Assembly: GCF_009914755.1 (NCBI RefSeq)
Contig: NC_060930.1
Direction: 5' to 3' (one strand)
Origin: the human T2T-CHM13v2.0 reference genome, Homo sapiens
DNA: 64,000 nucleotides
Shown piece by piece: positions 29,812-42,038 of this stretch. Positions within the stretch are counted from its first letter, which is position 1. Each line of letters begins with the position of its first letter. The notes beneath the pieces were generated by a model. It had not been told where the DNA came from. It ran no database searches and saw only the letters and a program-made list of their open reading frames with translations. A program made the position numbers and the translations under genes.

Positions 29812-30497
29812 ATTTTTCCTGATCTTCTCCCTCCTTCCACCCTCTGCCCTCCAGTGGGCCCTAGTATGCACTGTTCCCCTCTATGTGTCCATGTGTTCTC
29901 ATCACTTAGCTTCCATTTGTGAGAACATGCAGTATTAGATTTTCTGTTCATGTGTTAGTTTGCTAAGGATAATGGCCTCCAGCTCCCTCCATGTCCCTGC
30001 AAGGGACATGATCTCATTTTTTATGGCTACATACTATTCCATGGTGTATATGTAACACATTTTCTTTATGCAGTCTACCATTGATGAGCATTTAGGTTGA
30101 TTCCATGTCTTTGCTATTGTGAATAGTGCTGCAGTGAACATTTGTGTGCATGTGTCTTTATCGCAGAATGCTTTATATTCCTCTGGGTATATACCCTCTA
30201 ATAGGATTGCTGGGGTTGGATGGTAGTCCTACTTTTAGTTCTTTGTGGAATCACCATACTACTTTCCACAATGGTTGAACTAATTTGCACTTCTACCAAC
30301 AGTGTTTAAGCCTTCTCTTTTCTCAGCAACCTTGCTGGCATCTGTTATTTTTTGACTTTTTAATAACAGCCATTCTGACTGGTATGAGATGGTATCTCAT
30401 TGTGGTTTTTATTTGCATTTCTCTAATGGTCAGTGATGTTGAGCTTTTTTCATATGATTTTTTGGCCACATGTATGTCTCCTTTTGAGAAGTGTCTT
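29812..30497 (-). mobile_element. L1PA/PB 3' fragment
   Basis: Antisense ORF2 end/3'UTR (TTGCTAAGGATAATGGCCTCCAGCTCC, GATGGTATCTCATTGTGG); ORF-track 30285..30518 is a typical antisense-L1 peptide. Confidence 0.85.
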
Positions 30498-31753
30498 GAG
30501 CACCTTTCTTGTGCATAAAACTGGTCTTCTCTTTTTATATTTATTTTTCATAAATCTTCTGAATAACTCTTTGAGGCTGATAATAGTATTATATTCATTT
30601 ATTAAATGAGAAAAAAAGGCCTACAGATGTTATGTGCACAATCAGTAGAGCTAGATTTTGAACTGAGATAGTCTGATTTTACATGACATAATTCTTCAAG
30701 CTACATATAGATTTATAAATATATCTCATTCCTTTTCATCATTGCACATTACAAGATGGTATCTAGATTTAACAACTTATTTTGAACATGCAGATTATTT
30801 CTTTTTTAAATTTTTGTTGAGGGCCATTAACAATGTGCCATAAACATTCTTACATACCTGGGTACAAACATATACATACAATTCAGCAGGATAATTTCCT
30901 AGAGGTAAACTGTTAGATTAAACTTTAATTATTAAATAAATATTTAATTATTAATTAATTTTAAATATTAAAATACATATGTATTTATATGTACAGGCAC
31001 ATGTCACAACATTCAATTTTCTTTAAAAAGTTGTATATTTTATATACTCACAAACAGTCTATCTAATCCCCAAATTCTGATAAAAATTTGACACAGATGA
31101 AAATTTAAAAGAGGTCCAAAGAATTTTTAAAAAATATATTGAGTTGTTCTCGACATATATTATTATTTTACAGTTTGTGGCTATTGTGAATGGGATTATT
31201 TTGTATTACATCTTCCAACTAATTAATGATTTTTATGTTTACATCTAGGCACTGTGATAAACTCTTATTAGTTCTACTAGTTTGTCAGTTGATTATTTTA
31301 GATTATCATGGTAGATGATATTTGCCAACAAAAAAGTTATTTTCCTTTTTCCCCCTCCTCTCCATGCTTATATGTAAATTCTAAATTATTTCTTATCTGA
31401 CTCACATTGCCAGATATATGCTAAAAGTAACAAGGATACTAACATTACTCCTATATTTGACGTTAATGGGAATGTTTCTATTCTTTCACTATTAAGTATT
31501 ATGCTCATTAGAGGCTTCCTTTCCATATTTTCTTATCTTTATTTTGAAAAGACTTTTTAAAAAAATGTAACTACAAATTAACTTTTAGCAAATACTCTGA
31601 CATCTACTAAGATGTTTATATTTCACATTTAATCTCAATATATTAAACTACTTTAATGTATTTTCTGATGTATCATGTTTGCATTTCTGAGATAAACCTA
31701 ATCTGATGATTATGAAATATTCTCTTATTATAGCACAGGTTTTGAATTGCTAC

Positions 31754-32042
31754 TTTTTGTTTGTTTGTTTGTTTTTAAACAGGGTCTTGCTCCATCATCC
31801 AGATAGGCTGGAGTGCAGCGGCACGATCATGGATCACTGCAGCCGCAACTTCCTGGGCTCAAGTGATCGTCCCAACTCAGTCTCCCAAGTAGTTGGGACT
31901 ATAGGCATGCCAGTACACCTAGCTAAGTTTTTGTATTTTTTTTGTAGAGATGGGGTTTTGCCATATTGCCCAAGCTGGTACCAAAATCCTAAGCTCAAGC
32001 AATCTGGGACTACAGGTGTGAGCCACCAGTACGTACCTAGCC
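31754..32042 (-). mobile_element. Alu, AluJ-like, with internal deletion and (TTTG)n tail
   Basis: CTCCTGGGCTCAAGTGATC-type AluJ sequence in reverse. Confidence 0.88.
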
Positions 32043-32525
32043 ACTTATATTTTATTTGTATTAAAATATTTGCTTCTACTTTCATAAGAAAGCCGGTATA
32101 TGGTTTTCTTTTTTGTGTGCTGTTATTGTCTGGTTTATTTATCAGAATCATACTAGCTTAGGAGAAAAATTTAGAGGACTTGCTATTTTTTTACCATGAT
32201 CTTTGAGTAAGATTTATCTGTTACTTGAAGACGACAGAGGAAGAAAAACTTTTTACAGTATTTTTAGAAGTACATTTAATTGGCAAGGGGTTACATGTAA
32301 TCTTTAGCTTATTCAACTAGTAAATAAAACTTGAACATAAATATTATAGTAAAATATAATATTATAAACGACGATACCTGAGAACTAGTAAGTTCTTGAT
32401 CATACATAAGAAAAACTTCTGTTTTTTAAGTGTTAGAACAATGATAGAAATTCTCAAATTGCTAGTGTCCTACATTACACAGAAGACAAATTTTTAAAAA
32501 TATAGACATGGTTTTGTAAGGGTAC

Positions 32526-32893
32526 TGTATTAGTCCATTCTTATGCTGCTATAAAGAACTACTCGAGACTGGGTACTTTATAAAGGAAAGAGGTTTGATT
32601 GACTCACAGTTCCGCAGGGCTGCGAGGCCTCAGGAAACTTACAATCATAGCAGAAGGGTAAGCAAACACGTCCTTCTTCATGTGGCGGCAGGAAGGAGAA
32701 GTGCCAAAGGGGGAAAGCCTCCTTATAAAGCCATCAAACCTCATGAGAACTCACTCACTATCATGAGAACACCATGAGGGTAACTGCCCCCATGACTCAA
32801 TTACCTCCCACTGGGTCCCTCCCACAACACGGGGGATTATTGGAACTACAATTCAAGATAAGATTTAAGTGAGGACACAGTCAAACTGTACCA
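32526..32893 (-). mobile_element. THE1-family solo LTR (ERVL-MaLR)
   Basis: Reverse complement of THE1 termini: TGTATTAGTCCATTCT...GGACACAGTCAAACTGTACCA; about 370 bp. Confidence 0.88.
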
Positions 32894-33019
32894 GATATGC
32901 TGCAAAAAATTCAAACAATGTAAAAAGTTATGGGGTTGACAATGTCTAAGTCATATCAGAAAGCAGCTCTAAGACAAAGTAGTTTTATGCTTCCCAATTA
33001 CACCAAAACATCAACTCAC

Positions 33020-33145
33020 TTTTGATTTAATCGTTTGAATGTGTTGTTCTACTTCTTCAATGTCTTCAGTGTTTTCCAAACGTTCATAAGCAGCGCTTCT
33101 AGTGCCTTTTATCAGATTTAAAGGTAACGCAGACATGCCATAGGC
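33020..33145 (-). CDS. LMBRD1: LMBRD1 coding exon (exon 8, 126 nt): AYGMSALPLNLIKGTRSAAYERLENTEDIEEVEQHIQTIKSK
   Basis: gtttttcttttag|GCCTATGGC...TCAAAA|gtgagt; includes the YERL (Yxx-phi) sorting motif; phase 0-0. Confidence 0.96.
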
Positions 33146-34537
33146 CTAAAAGAAAAACAATTGAAATGTTTTAGAAATAATGTTTCAAACATATTATACA
33201 CAATTTTAGGTTAAAAATGTCTTTTAAAGTCATAAGAGTCAGCAGTTGTGAAAGAGTACAGTCACTGAAAACATGGTATATGGGAGTGAACATTATATTG
33301 TCTCATAATTCTCCCGTTTATTTTGCATTAAACAGAGTCAAATTTATAATACTATTCCTCAAAGGTTAAGTTGCAAATTTACTGTAAATTTACTGTACAA
33401 TACTTTATATCAAAGTAATAATTACAAATTCAGACTAATCGAAGGTTAAGATACTATAAATTAGTAAAAAAATTTAAAAAAATGATTTTCTATAAAAAAC
33501 AATTTTCTCCAAGTATATATAGTAAACCTTTGGTAAAATAAGTATTTTAATATATACATGTTATTTGATTAGCATATCAATTATCTACATTATAAAGTTT
33601 ATTTAAAAGTTCTAAATATTTATAACCAATCTTTTTGCTAAGTATTTTAAATATTTTCCAAGTAATTTTAACTTATTAATCAGCATTAAGAATAAACATG
33701 TTATTATATATACTACCCAATTTCATATTCCAGTCCCAAATGACAGCTTTTTAATATAATCATTAATAATACTTAATGGCATCTGCTACATAACCATTAT
33801 TCAGAATCATTACTGACCATATTTCCTTAGCAGAAACACTGACAACTATCACCTCCTGGTGGCAGCAACAAACTCTGAAGTGGATACTACATTATGTACT
33901 TAAATGTTTTTCACTTTCCTTCTGGCACACTTTACCCCGTGCCCCCTGTTAGATGGGCCATGAGATTGAGTTCAGGACAATGAATGTGAGCAGAAGTGAT
34001 AAATGCCACGTTTTAGGCATGACCCCAAACACCAAAATACCCTGGGTGATCCTGAATGCTTTTTCTCATGCTCTCTGCTACCTAGCTGTCAACTCCAAGA
34101 ATGACTTAAGATACCTTTAGTGTTAATTTTAATTAGTTTAATATTCTAATATTCTTCACTAAATCTCTTTTATGCAATGATTAAACATTGCTTAAACCAC
34201 AATTCAAATAGCAAAGCATAAATTCTAACAAATCAGCTTTTTTTTTAATTAAGGGAGAAGAACAAAAAACATGAATAAAAATTATCCTGAAATCAACTAG
34301 TTCTATCATGTAATATCAACTCTACAGTACGTTGTATTTAGATACTTACCTAGCTGAAATTATTACCCAATATCCAAATCCTTGTATTTCCAAAGGAGAA
34401 ACACTTAAAAAACCTTGCACTTTAAATATTATTAAAACATAAGTTAGTATTCTCATTATTTCCCTTTTATCCCAAAAAAGGACGGGGTGGAAGAAGATTC
34501 TGTTACTATTAGATGAAAATGTAATTTGGATACCATA

Positions 34538-34726
34538 CACTTTAAGTATCCCTCATCTTAAATGGCTGGGACTAGAAGTGTTTTGGATTTCAGAATTTTT
34601 TGGACTTTTGGTATATTTGGTATATTTGGTATATTTTGGTATATTTGGTATATTTTTTGGACTTTTGGTATATTTGGTATATTGAGCATCCCTAATCTGA
34701 AAATCCAACATCTGAAATGCTCCAAG
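34538..34726. mobile_element. Tigger4a/MER46A-like MITE, left part (split by the L1)
   Basis: ...AGTATCCC...GGGACTAGAAGTGTTTTGGATTTCAG...TTGAGCATCCCTAATCTGAAAATCC...AAATGCTCCAA resembles the recalled consensus; TA at the left edge. Confidence 0.8.
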
Positions 34727-37700
34727 AGAGATGAAACAAGATGGTGGAATAGAAGCCTACACCATTCATCTTCCTCACTGGAAAACCACATTTTAATATC
34801 TACACACAGAAAAGTACTGTCACAAGAACCAAAAATCCAGTAAGCAATCACAGTACCTGGTTTTAACTTCATATTACTAAAAGAGGCATTGAGGAGGTCA
34901 GGAGAGACAGTCTTGAATCACCAATGCCACCCCTCCGCCATCCCCCAGCGGCAGCCATGAGGCACCATGGAAAGAGAATCTTTTCGCTTTCAGGAGGGAC
35001 AGCACAGTGGTGACTAAGGGGACTTTACACTGAACTCAGTGCTGTCCTATCACCGTTGACAATAGAGCCATACTGGGCTCAGCTAGTGCCCATGCATAGA
35101 AGGAACATTTGCACCAACACCAGCCAGAGGGGAATCACTCATCCCAGTGGTTGGAACTGGAGTTTCTCAGCAAGCCTTGCCACTGTGGGCAAAATGCTCT
35201 GGAATCCTAGGTAAACTCAAAAGGCAGTCTAGGAAACAAGGACTGCAATTCCTAGGCAACTCCTAGTGCTAGGCTGGGCTTACAGTGGACTAGGGTGGCA
35301 TGTGACCCAGGGAGACAACAGCTAAGGGAGTGCTTGCACCATTCCTCTCCCAACCCCATGAAGTGCAGCTCACCTCAACAAAGGTGACTCTTTCCTTTGG
35401 CCTGAGGAAAGGAGAGGGAAGAGTAAAGAGAACTTTGTTTTGCGTCTTGGATACCAGCATGGCCACAACAGGATACTGTGCCAGAGTCGTCAGGCCCCCA
35501 TTCCAGGGCCTAGCTCACAGATGACATTTCTAGACACACCTTGGACCAAAAGTGGATCTGCTGCCTTGAAGGGTAGTCAGGATTGATTACCTGCTGACTA
35601 AAGAGCCCCTGGTCCCTCAATAACCAGCAGTGTTATCTACCAAGCACATTGTGGGCCTTGGACTCTGGGACATGCTGGCTTCAGGGGTGATCCAGCACAT
35701 TCCCAGCTATGGTGGCTGTGGTAAAAGACTCCTTCTGTCTGAGAAAAGTAAAGGGGACTTTGTCTTGCACCTCAGGTACCAGCTCAGCCACAGTAAGGCA
35801 GAGCAACAAGCAGACTCTTGAGGTCCCCAAGTCAAGGTCTAGACTCTTAGAGGACAGCATTTTTAGACATGCCCTGTCCAGAAGGGAGCCCATTGCCCTG
35901 CAGGCTGAGTCTCAGGCCTGGCAGCATTCACCACAAGCTGTCAGAAGAGCCCTTGGGCTTTAAGTGAACATTAGCAGTGGCCTGGTGGAACCCCATGGAA
36001 CAGTGTCGATGGTGGCCACAGGGAGAGACTCCTCTGCCTGTGGAAAGGGGAGGGAAGAGCAAGTAGGACTTTGTATTGTGGTGGTGTGAATGTCAGCTTA
36101 GCCACAGATCATCAGGTAAACTGCTAAGGTTTTTACTCCAATTCCTGGCTCCCAGACAGCATCTCAGTAGAAACCTTACAGGCCAGCAAAGAACAGCATG
36201 ACATACTTAAAGTGCTGAAGATAGAAAAATTTTACCCTAGAATAGTATATCCAGTGAAAATATCCTTCAAGTATGAAAGATAAAGATCTTCCCAGAGAAA
36301 CAAAAGCTAAGAGACTTCATTAACACCAGACCTGCCCTGCAAGAAATGGCTAAAGGGAGTTCTTCAATCTGAAACAAAAGGATATTAATGAGCAAGAGGA
36401 AATCATGTGAAGGTACAAAATTCACTGGAACAGTAAGCACACAGAAAAACAAAGAATAGTATAACACTACAATGGTGGTGTGTAACTAGTCTTGTCTTAA
36501 GTAGAAAACTAAATGATGAACCAATCAAAAAAAAAAAAAACTTTTCAAGACACAGGCAGTACAATGAGACGTAAAGAGAAACAACAAAAAGTTTAAAAGC
36601 AGGAGGATAAAGTTAAAATGTCACGCTTCTATTTGTTTTCTTTTTGTGTGTTTGTATATGTAGTCAGTGTTAAGTTGTCATCAGTTTAAAATAATGGGTT
36701 ATAAAATAGCATACGCAAGCCTTGTGGTAACCTCAAATTAAATAACATACAACGAATACTTAAAAACATAAAGGCAAGACATTAAAGCATACCACCAGAC
36801 AAAATCACCTTCACTAAAAGGAAGACAAGAAAGAAGGAAAGAAGGGAGGATCGTAAAATAACCAGAATATAAATAACAAAATGGCAGAAGTCCTTACGTA
36901 TCAGTAACAACACTGAATGTAAATGGACTAAACTCTCCAATCAAAAGACATAGACTGATTGAATGGATAAGAAATCCAAGACCCATTGATCTGTTGCCTA
37001 CAAGAAATACATTTCACCTACAAAGACATACAGACTGGAATGGAAAAAGATATTCCATGCCAATGGCAACAAAAAAAGAACAAAAGTAACTATGTTTATA
37101 TTGGGGAACATAGATTTCAAGGCAAAAAACTGTATGAAAAGACAAAGAAGATCATTATATAGTGATAAGGGGGTCAATTCAGCAAGAGGATATAACAATT
37201 ATAAATGCACCCAACACTGGAGCACCCAGATATATAAAGCAAATATTATTAGAGTTAGAGAGACAGACCCCAATACATTAACAATGGAGACTTCAACACC
37301 CCAATTTCAGTACTGGACAGATCTCTCAGACAGAAAATCAGCAAAGAAACATCAGACTTAACCTGCACTACAAAATAAATGGACCTAATAGACATTTAAA
37401 GAACATTTCATCCAGTGTCTGTGGAATACATATTCTTTTCCTTAGCACATGGATCATTCCCAAGGATAAACCATATGTTAGGTTATAAAACAAATCTTAA
37501 CACATTCACAAAAATTGAAATAATATCAAGCATCTTCTCTGACCACAATGGAACAAAGCTACAAATCAGTAACAAAAGGAATTTAGAGAACTATACAAAC
37601 ACATGGAAATTAAACAATATGCTCCTAAATGACCAGTGGGTCAATGAAGAAATTAAAAAAGAAATTGAAAGAGTTCTGGAAACAAATGATAATGGAAATA

Positions 37701-39400
37701 CAACATACCAAAACCTACAGGATACAGCGAAAGTAGCAGTAAGAGGGAAAATTACAGCTCTAAGTGCCTAAATCAAAAAAGAAGAAAAACTTCAAACAAA
37801 TACTGTAATGACGCATTTTAAAGAAATGAAAAATAAAGAAAAAACCATACCCAAAATTAGGAGAAGGAAAGAAATAAAGATCAGAGCAGAAATAAATGAA
37901 TTTGGAATAAAACAATAAAAAAGATAGATGAAACAAAAAGTTGGTTTTTTAAAAAGAAAAAATTGACAAACCTTTAGCCAGACTAAGAAAAAGACAGAAC
38001 CCAAATAAATAAAATAAAAGATGAAAATGGAAACATTACAACTGATACCACAGAAATTCAAAGGATCATTAGTGGCTACTATGAACAACTAATTATATGC
38101 CAACAAATTGGAAAATATAAAAGAAATGGATAAATTCATAGACACATACAACCTACCAAACTTGAACCATGAAGAAATCCAAATCCTGAACAGACCAGTA
38201 ATAAGTAACGAGTAACAAGATCAAAACTGTAATTAAAAGCCTCCCAATAAAGGAAAGCCCAGGACCTACTGCTGATCCACTGCCGAATTCTATCAAACAT
38301 TTAATGAAGAACTAATATCAGTCCTACTCAAACTGCTCCAAAATACGGAGGAGGAGGAAATAGTTCTAGTTTCATTCTATAAGACCCTGATACCAAAACC
38401 AAAGACACATTTAAAAAAAAAAAAAAAACACTACAGGCCAATATTCATGAATATTCATACAAAAACCCCTACCATATATTAGCAAACCAAATTCAACATC
38501 AGAAAGATCATTCATTATGACCAAGTGGGATTTATCCCTGAGATGCAAGGGATGGTTCATTTGATTTGTATTTGTTGAACCATCCCTTGCACCTCAGGGA
38601 TAAATCCCACTTGGTCATAATGAATGATCTTTCTAATCAATCGTTGTAATACATCATATCAAGAGAATGAAGGATGAAAACCACATGATCATTTCAATTG
38701 ATGCTGAAAAAGCATTTGATAATGTTCAACATCCTTTCAAGATAAAAACCCTCAAAAAACTGAGTATAGAAGGAATATACCTCAATGTAATAAAAGCCAT
38801 ATATGTGAGGTCCACAGCTAGTATCACATTGAATGGTGAAAAACTGAAAGCCTTTCTTCTTAGTTCTGGAGCAAGACAAGGATGCTCACTTTCAACACTG
38901 CTATTCAACATGAAAGTCCTAGCTGGGGCAATCAGACAAGACAAAGAAAGAAAGGGCATATAAACTGGAAAGGAAAAAGTCAAACTACCTTTGTTTGCAA
39001 TGATATAATTTTATATTTGGAAAAACTTAAAGACTCCACCAAAAAACTATTATAACTGACAAGCAAATTCAGTAAAGTTGCAGGATACAAAATCAACATA
39101 CAAAAAATCAGTAGCATTTCTATATGCCAACAGTGAACAATCAGAAAAATAAATTTAAAAAAGTAAGCCCATTTACAATAGCCCCAAATAAAATTAAATA
39201 ACTAGGAATTAACTTAACCAAAAAAGTGAAAGATCACTGCAATGAAAACTATAAAATACTGATGAATGAGGAAGACACCAAAAAAATGAAGAAATATTCC
39301 ATGTTCATGGATTGGAAGAGTCAATATTGTTAAAATGTCCATACTACTCAAAGCAACCTACAGATTCAATGCAATCCCTATCGAAATAGCAATGACAATC

Positions 39401-39439
<39 letters not shown>

Positions 39440-41414
39440 CACACACCTAAAGTGTATACAGAATCCCAAAGACCCAGAATACCAAAGCTATCCTGAGCAA
39501 AAAGAACAAAACTGGAGGAATCATATTACCTGACTTTAAATTCTATTACAGAGCTATAGTAACTAAAACAGCATGGTACTGGCATAAAAACAGACACACG
39601 GACCAATGGAACAGAATAGAGAACCCACAAACAAATCTACACACCTATGGTAAACTCATTCTTGACAAAGGTGCCAAGAACATGCATTGAGGAAAAGACG
39701 GCTTCTTCAATAAACAGTGCCAGGGAAACTGGATATCCATATGTAGAAGAATGAATCTAGACCCCTATCTCTTGCCACATACAAAAATCAAATCAAAATG
39801 AATTGAAGACCTAAGATCAAAGACCTCATACTATGAAACGACTTCAAGAAAACATTGGAGAAATTCTCCAGGACATTGGTCTGGATAAAGCTTCTTAAGT
39901 AATACCTTAGAAGTACAGGCAACCAAAGCAAAAAATGACAAATGGGATTACATCAAGCTAAAAAGCTTCTGCACAGTAAAGGGAACAGTCAACACAATTA
40001 GGAGACAAGGCACAGAATGGGAGAAAATATTTGCAAACTACCATATGACAAGTGATTAATAACCAAAATATATAAGGAGCTCAAACAACTCTACAGAAAA
40101 AAGCCTAATAACCATATTAAAAAGTGGGCCAAAGATTGGTATAAACATTTCTTAAAATAGACATACAAATGACAGACAAATGAAAAGGTGCTCAACATCA
40201 CTGATCATCGGAGAAATGCAAATCAAAACTGAGATTATCATTTCACTCTGATTAAAAGGGCTTTTATCTAAAAGTCAGGCAACAACAAATGCTGGTGAAG
40301 ATGTGGAGAAAAGGGAACCCTTGTACACTGTTGGTGGGAATGTAAATTAGTACAACCACTACAGAGAATAGTTTGGAGGTTCCTCAAAAAACTAAAAATA
40401 GAGCTACTATATGATCTAGCAATCCCACTATTTGGCACATACTCAAAAGAAAGGAGATCCATATATCAAAGAGATATCTGCACTCCCATGTTTGTTGCAG
40501 CACTGTTTACAACAGCCAAGATTTGGAAACAACCTAAGTGTCCATCAACAGATGAATGGATAAAGAAAATGTGGTACATATATACAATGGAGTACTATTC
40601 AGCCATAAGAAGAGTAAGATTCTGTCATTTGCAACAGCATGGATAGAACTGGAGGTCATTATGCTAAGTGAAATAAACTAGGCACAGAAAGACAAACATC
40701 ACATGTTCTGACTTATTTGTAGGATCTAAAAATCAAAACAATTGAACTCGTGGAAACAGAGAATTGAAGGATGGTTACTAGAGGCTGGGAAGGGTAGTGA
40801 GGCAGTGGGAGGCAGGTAAGGATGGTTACTAGGTACAAAAAAAAAAAAAAAATGAGTAAGACCCAGTATTTGAAAGCACAACAGGTGAACTATAGTCAAT
40901 AATAATTTCGTTGTACATTTTAAAATAACTGGCTGGGCAAGGTGGCACATGCCTGTAATCCCAACACTTTGGGAGGCTGAGGCGAGTGGATCACTTGAGG
41001 TTAGGAGTTTGAGAACAGCCTGGTCAACATGGTGAAATCCCATCTCTACTAAAAATGCAAAAAATGAGCCGGGTGTGGTGGCAAGCACCTGTTGTCCCAG
41101 CTACTCGGGAGGCTGAGGCAGGAGACGGAATTTCTTGAACCCGGGTAGTGGAGGTTGCAGGGAGTTGAGATCGCGCCACTGCACTCCAGCCTGGTAACAG
41201 AGTGAAACTCTGTCTCAAAAGTAAATAATTAAATTAAATTAAGTAACTAAAAGAATATAATTGGACTGTTTGTAACACAAAGTATATAAATGCTTGACAG
41301 AAGAGATACCGAATTTGCCATGATGTGATTATTATGCATTGCATGCCTATACCAAAATATGTACTCCATCTATACAGCTACTACGTACCCACGAAAATTA
41401 AAAATAATTTTTAA
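34727..41414 (+). mobile_element. Near full-length old LINE-1 (L1MA1-3-like): 5'UTR, truncated ORF1, decayed ORF2, 3'UTR; interrupted by an Alu
   Basis: 5' end GAGAGATGAAACAAGATGGTGGAATAG; ORF2 endonuclease/RT fragments in ORF track (37415..37771, 38667..38963 [13 protein letters not shown]); L1MA-type 3' end; TSD AAATGCTCCAAG (34715-34726) / AAGTGTTCCAAG (41415-41426). Confidence 0.92.
40931..41240 (+). mobile_element. Alu (AluS) inserted into the L1MA 3'UTR
   Basis: Full dimer; flanked by TAAAATAACT / TAAGTAACT; L1 3'UTR continues on both sides. Confidence 0.92.
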
Positions 41415-41510
41415 AAGTGTTCCAAGGAACATTTCTTTTGAGCTCAAAGTTTCAAATTTTGAAAGCTTTCAGATTTTGGATTTTCAGATTAGGGAGGGAT
41501 ACTCAACCTG
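41415..41510. mobile_element. Tigger4a/MER46A-like MITE, right part
   Basis: Consensus resumes after the L1 TSD and ends GGATACTCAACCTG|TA. Confidence 0.8.
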
Positions 41511-42038
41511 TAGAGTAATTTCCCTCTAATTACCTCAATTTTTATCAAATGTATACTTTCAAAATGTATACTTTGGTGAAATATAAAAGGAAAAATATAT
41601 AATTGGGTTTAAAATGTATATTGTAAAGTTGAAAAGTTACCTACTGGGTACAACATTCACAATTTGGGTGATGGCTACACTAAAAGCCTAGACTTCACCA
41701 CAATGCAATATATGCATGTCAGAAAACTGCACTTGCACCCTCTAAATATATTTTTTAAAATTAAAAGCATCTCGTTTATATTTTTAATATTAAATTATAT
41801 ATCCTCAAAACATTGAAAAATACAAAGAATAAAGCCTATGGGAACTAAAGTACCTGATAGTTCCTTTAACATTTCCTTATAGGATTTTCCTATCCTTATT
41901 ATCATTTTAACCTATTTAATTTGGTTATTCTAGTACTTCCATATTCTTTAAACATTATTGATAAAAAGTAACAGAATAATTTAAGACTCTGATTAATATA
42001 TAGTATTATATGATTATTTACCAATTCTCATTACTCAT

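Noticed and set aside
31706-32161. 151-aa and 105-aa ORFs
   Set aside because: Translations of an AluJ; typical Alu-derived peptides. The same applies to ORFs at 5774, 23010, 41024, 48432, 53900 and 55427-55728.
34558-34872. ORFs with periodic IFG / NIP repeats suggesting a repeat protein
   Set aside because: Artefact of the 9-bp tandem repeat in the Tigger4a MITE.
36881-40700. L1 ORF2 as an active retrotransposase
   Set aside because: Broken into short fragments by stops, frameshifts, a (CA)n tract and an inverted duplication; ORF1 is largely deleted.
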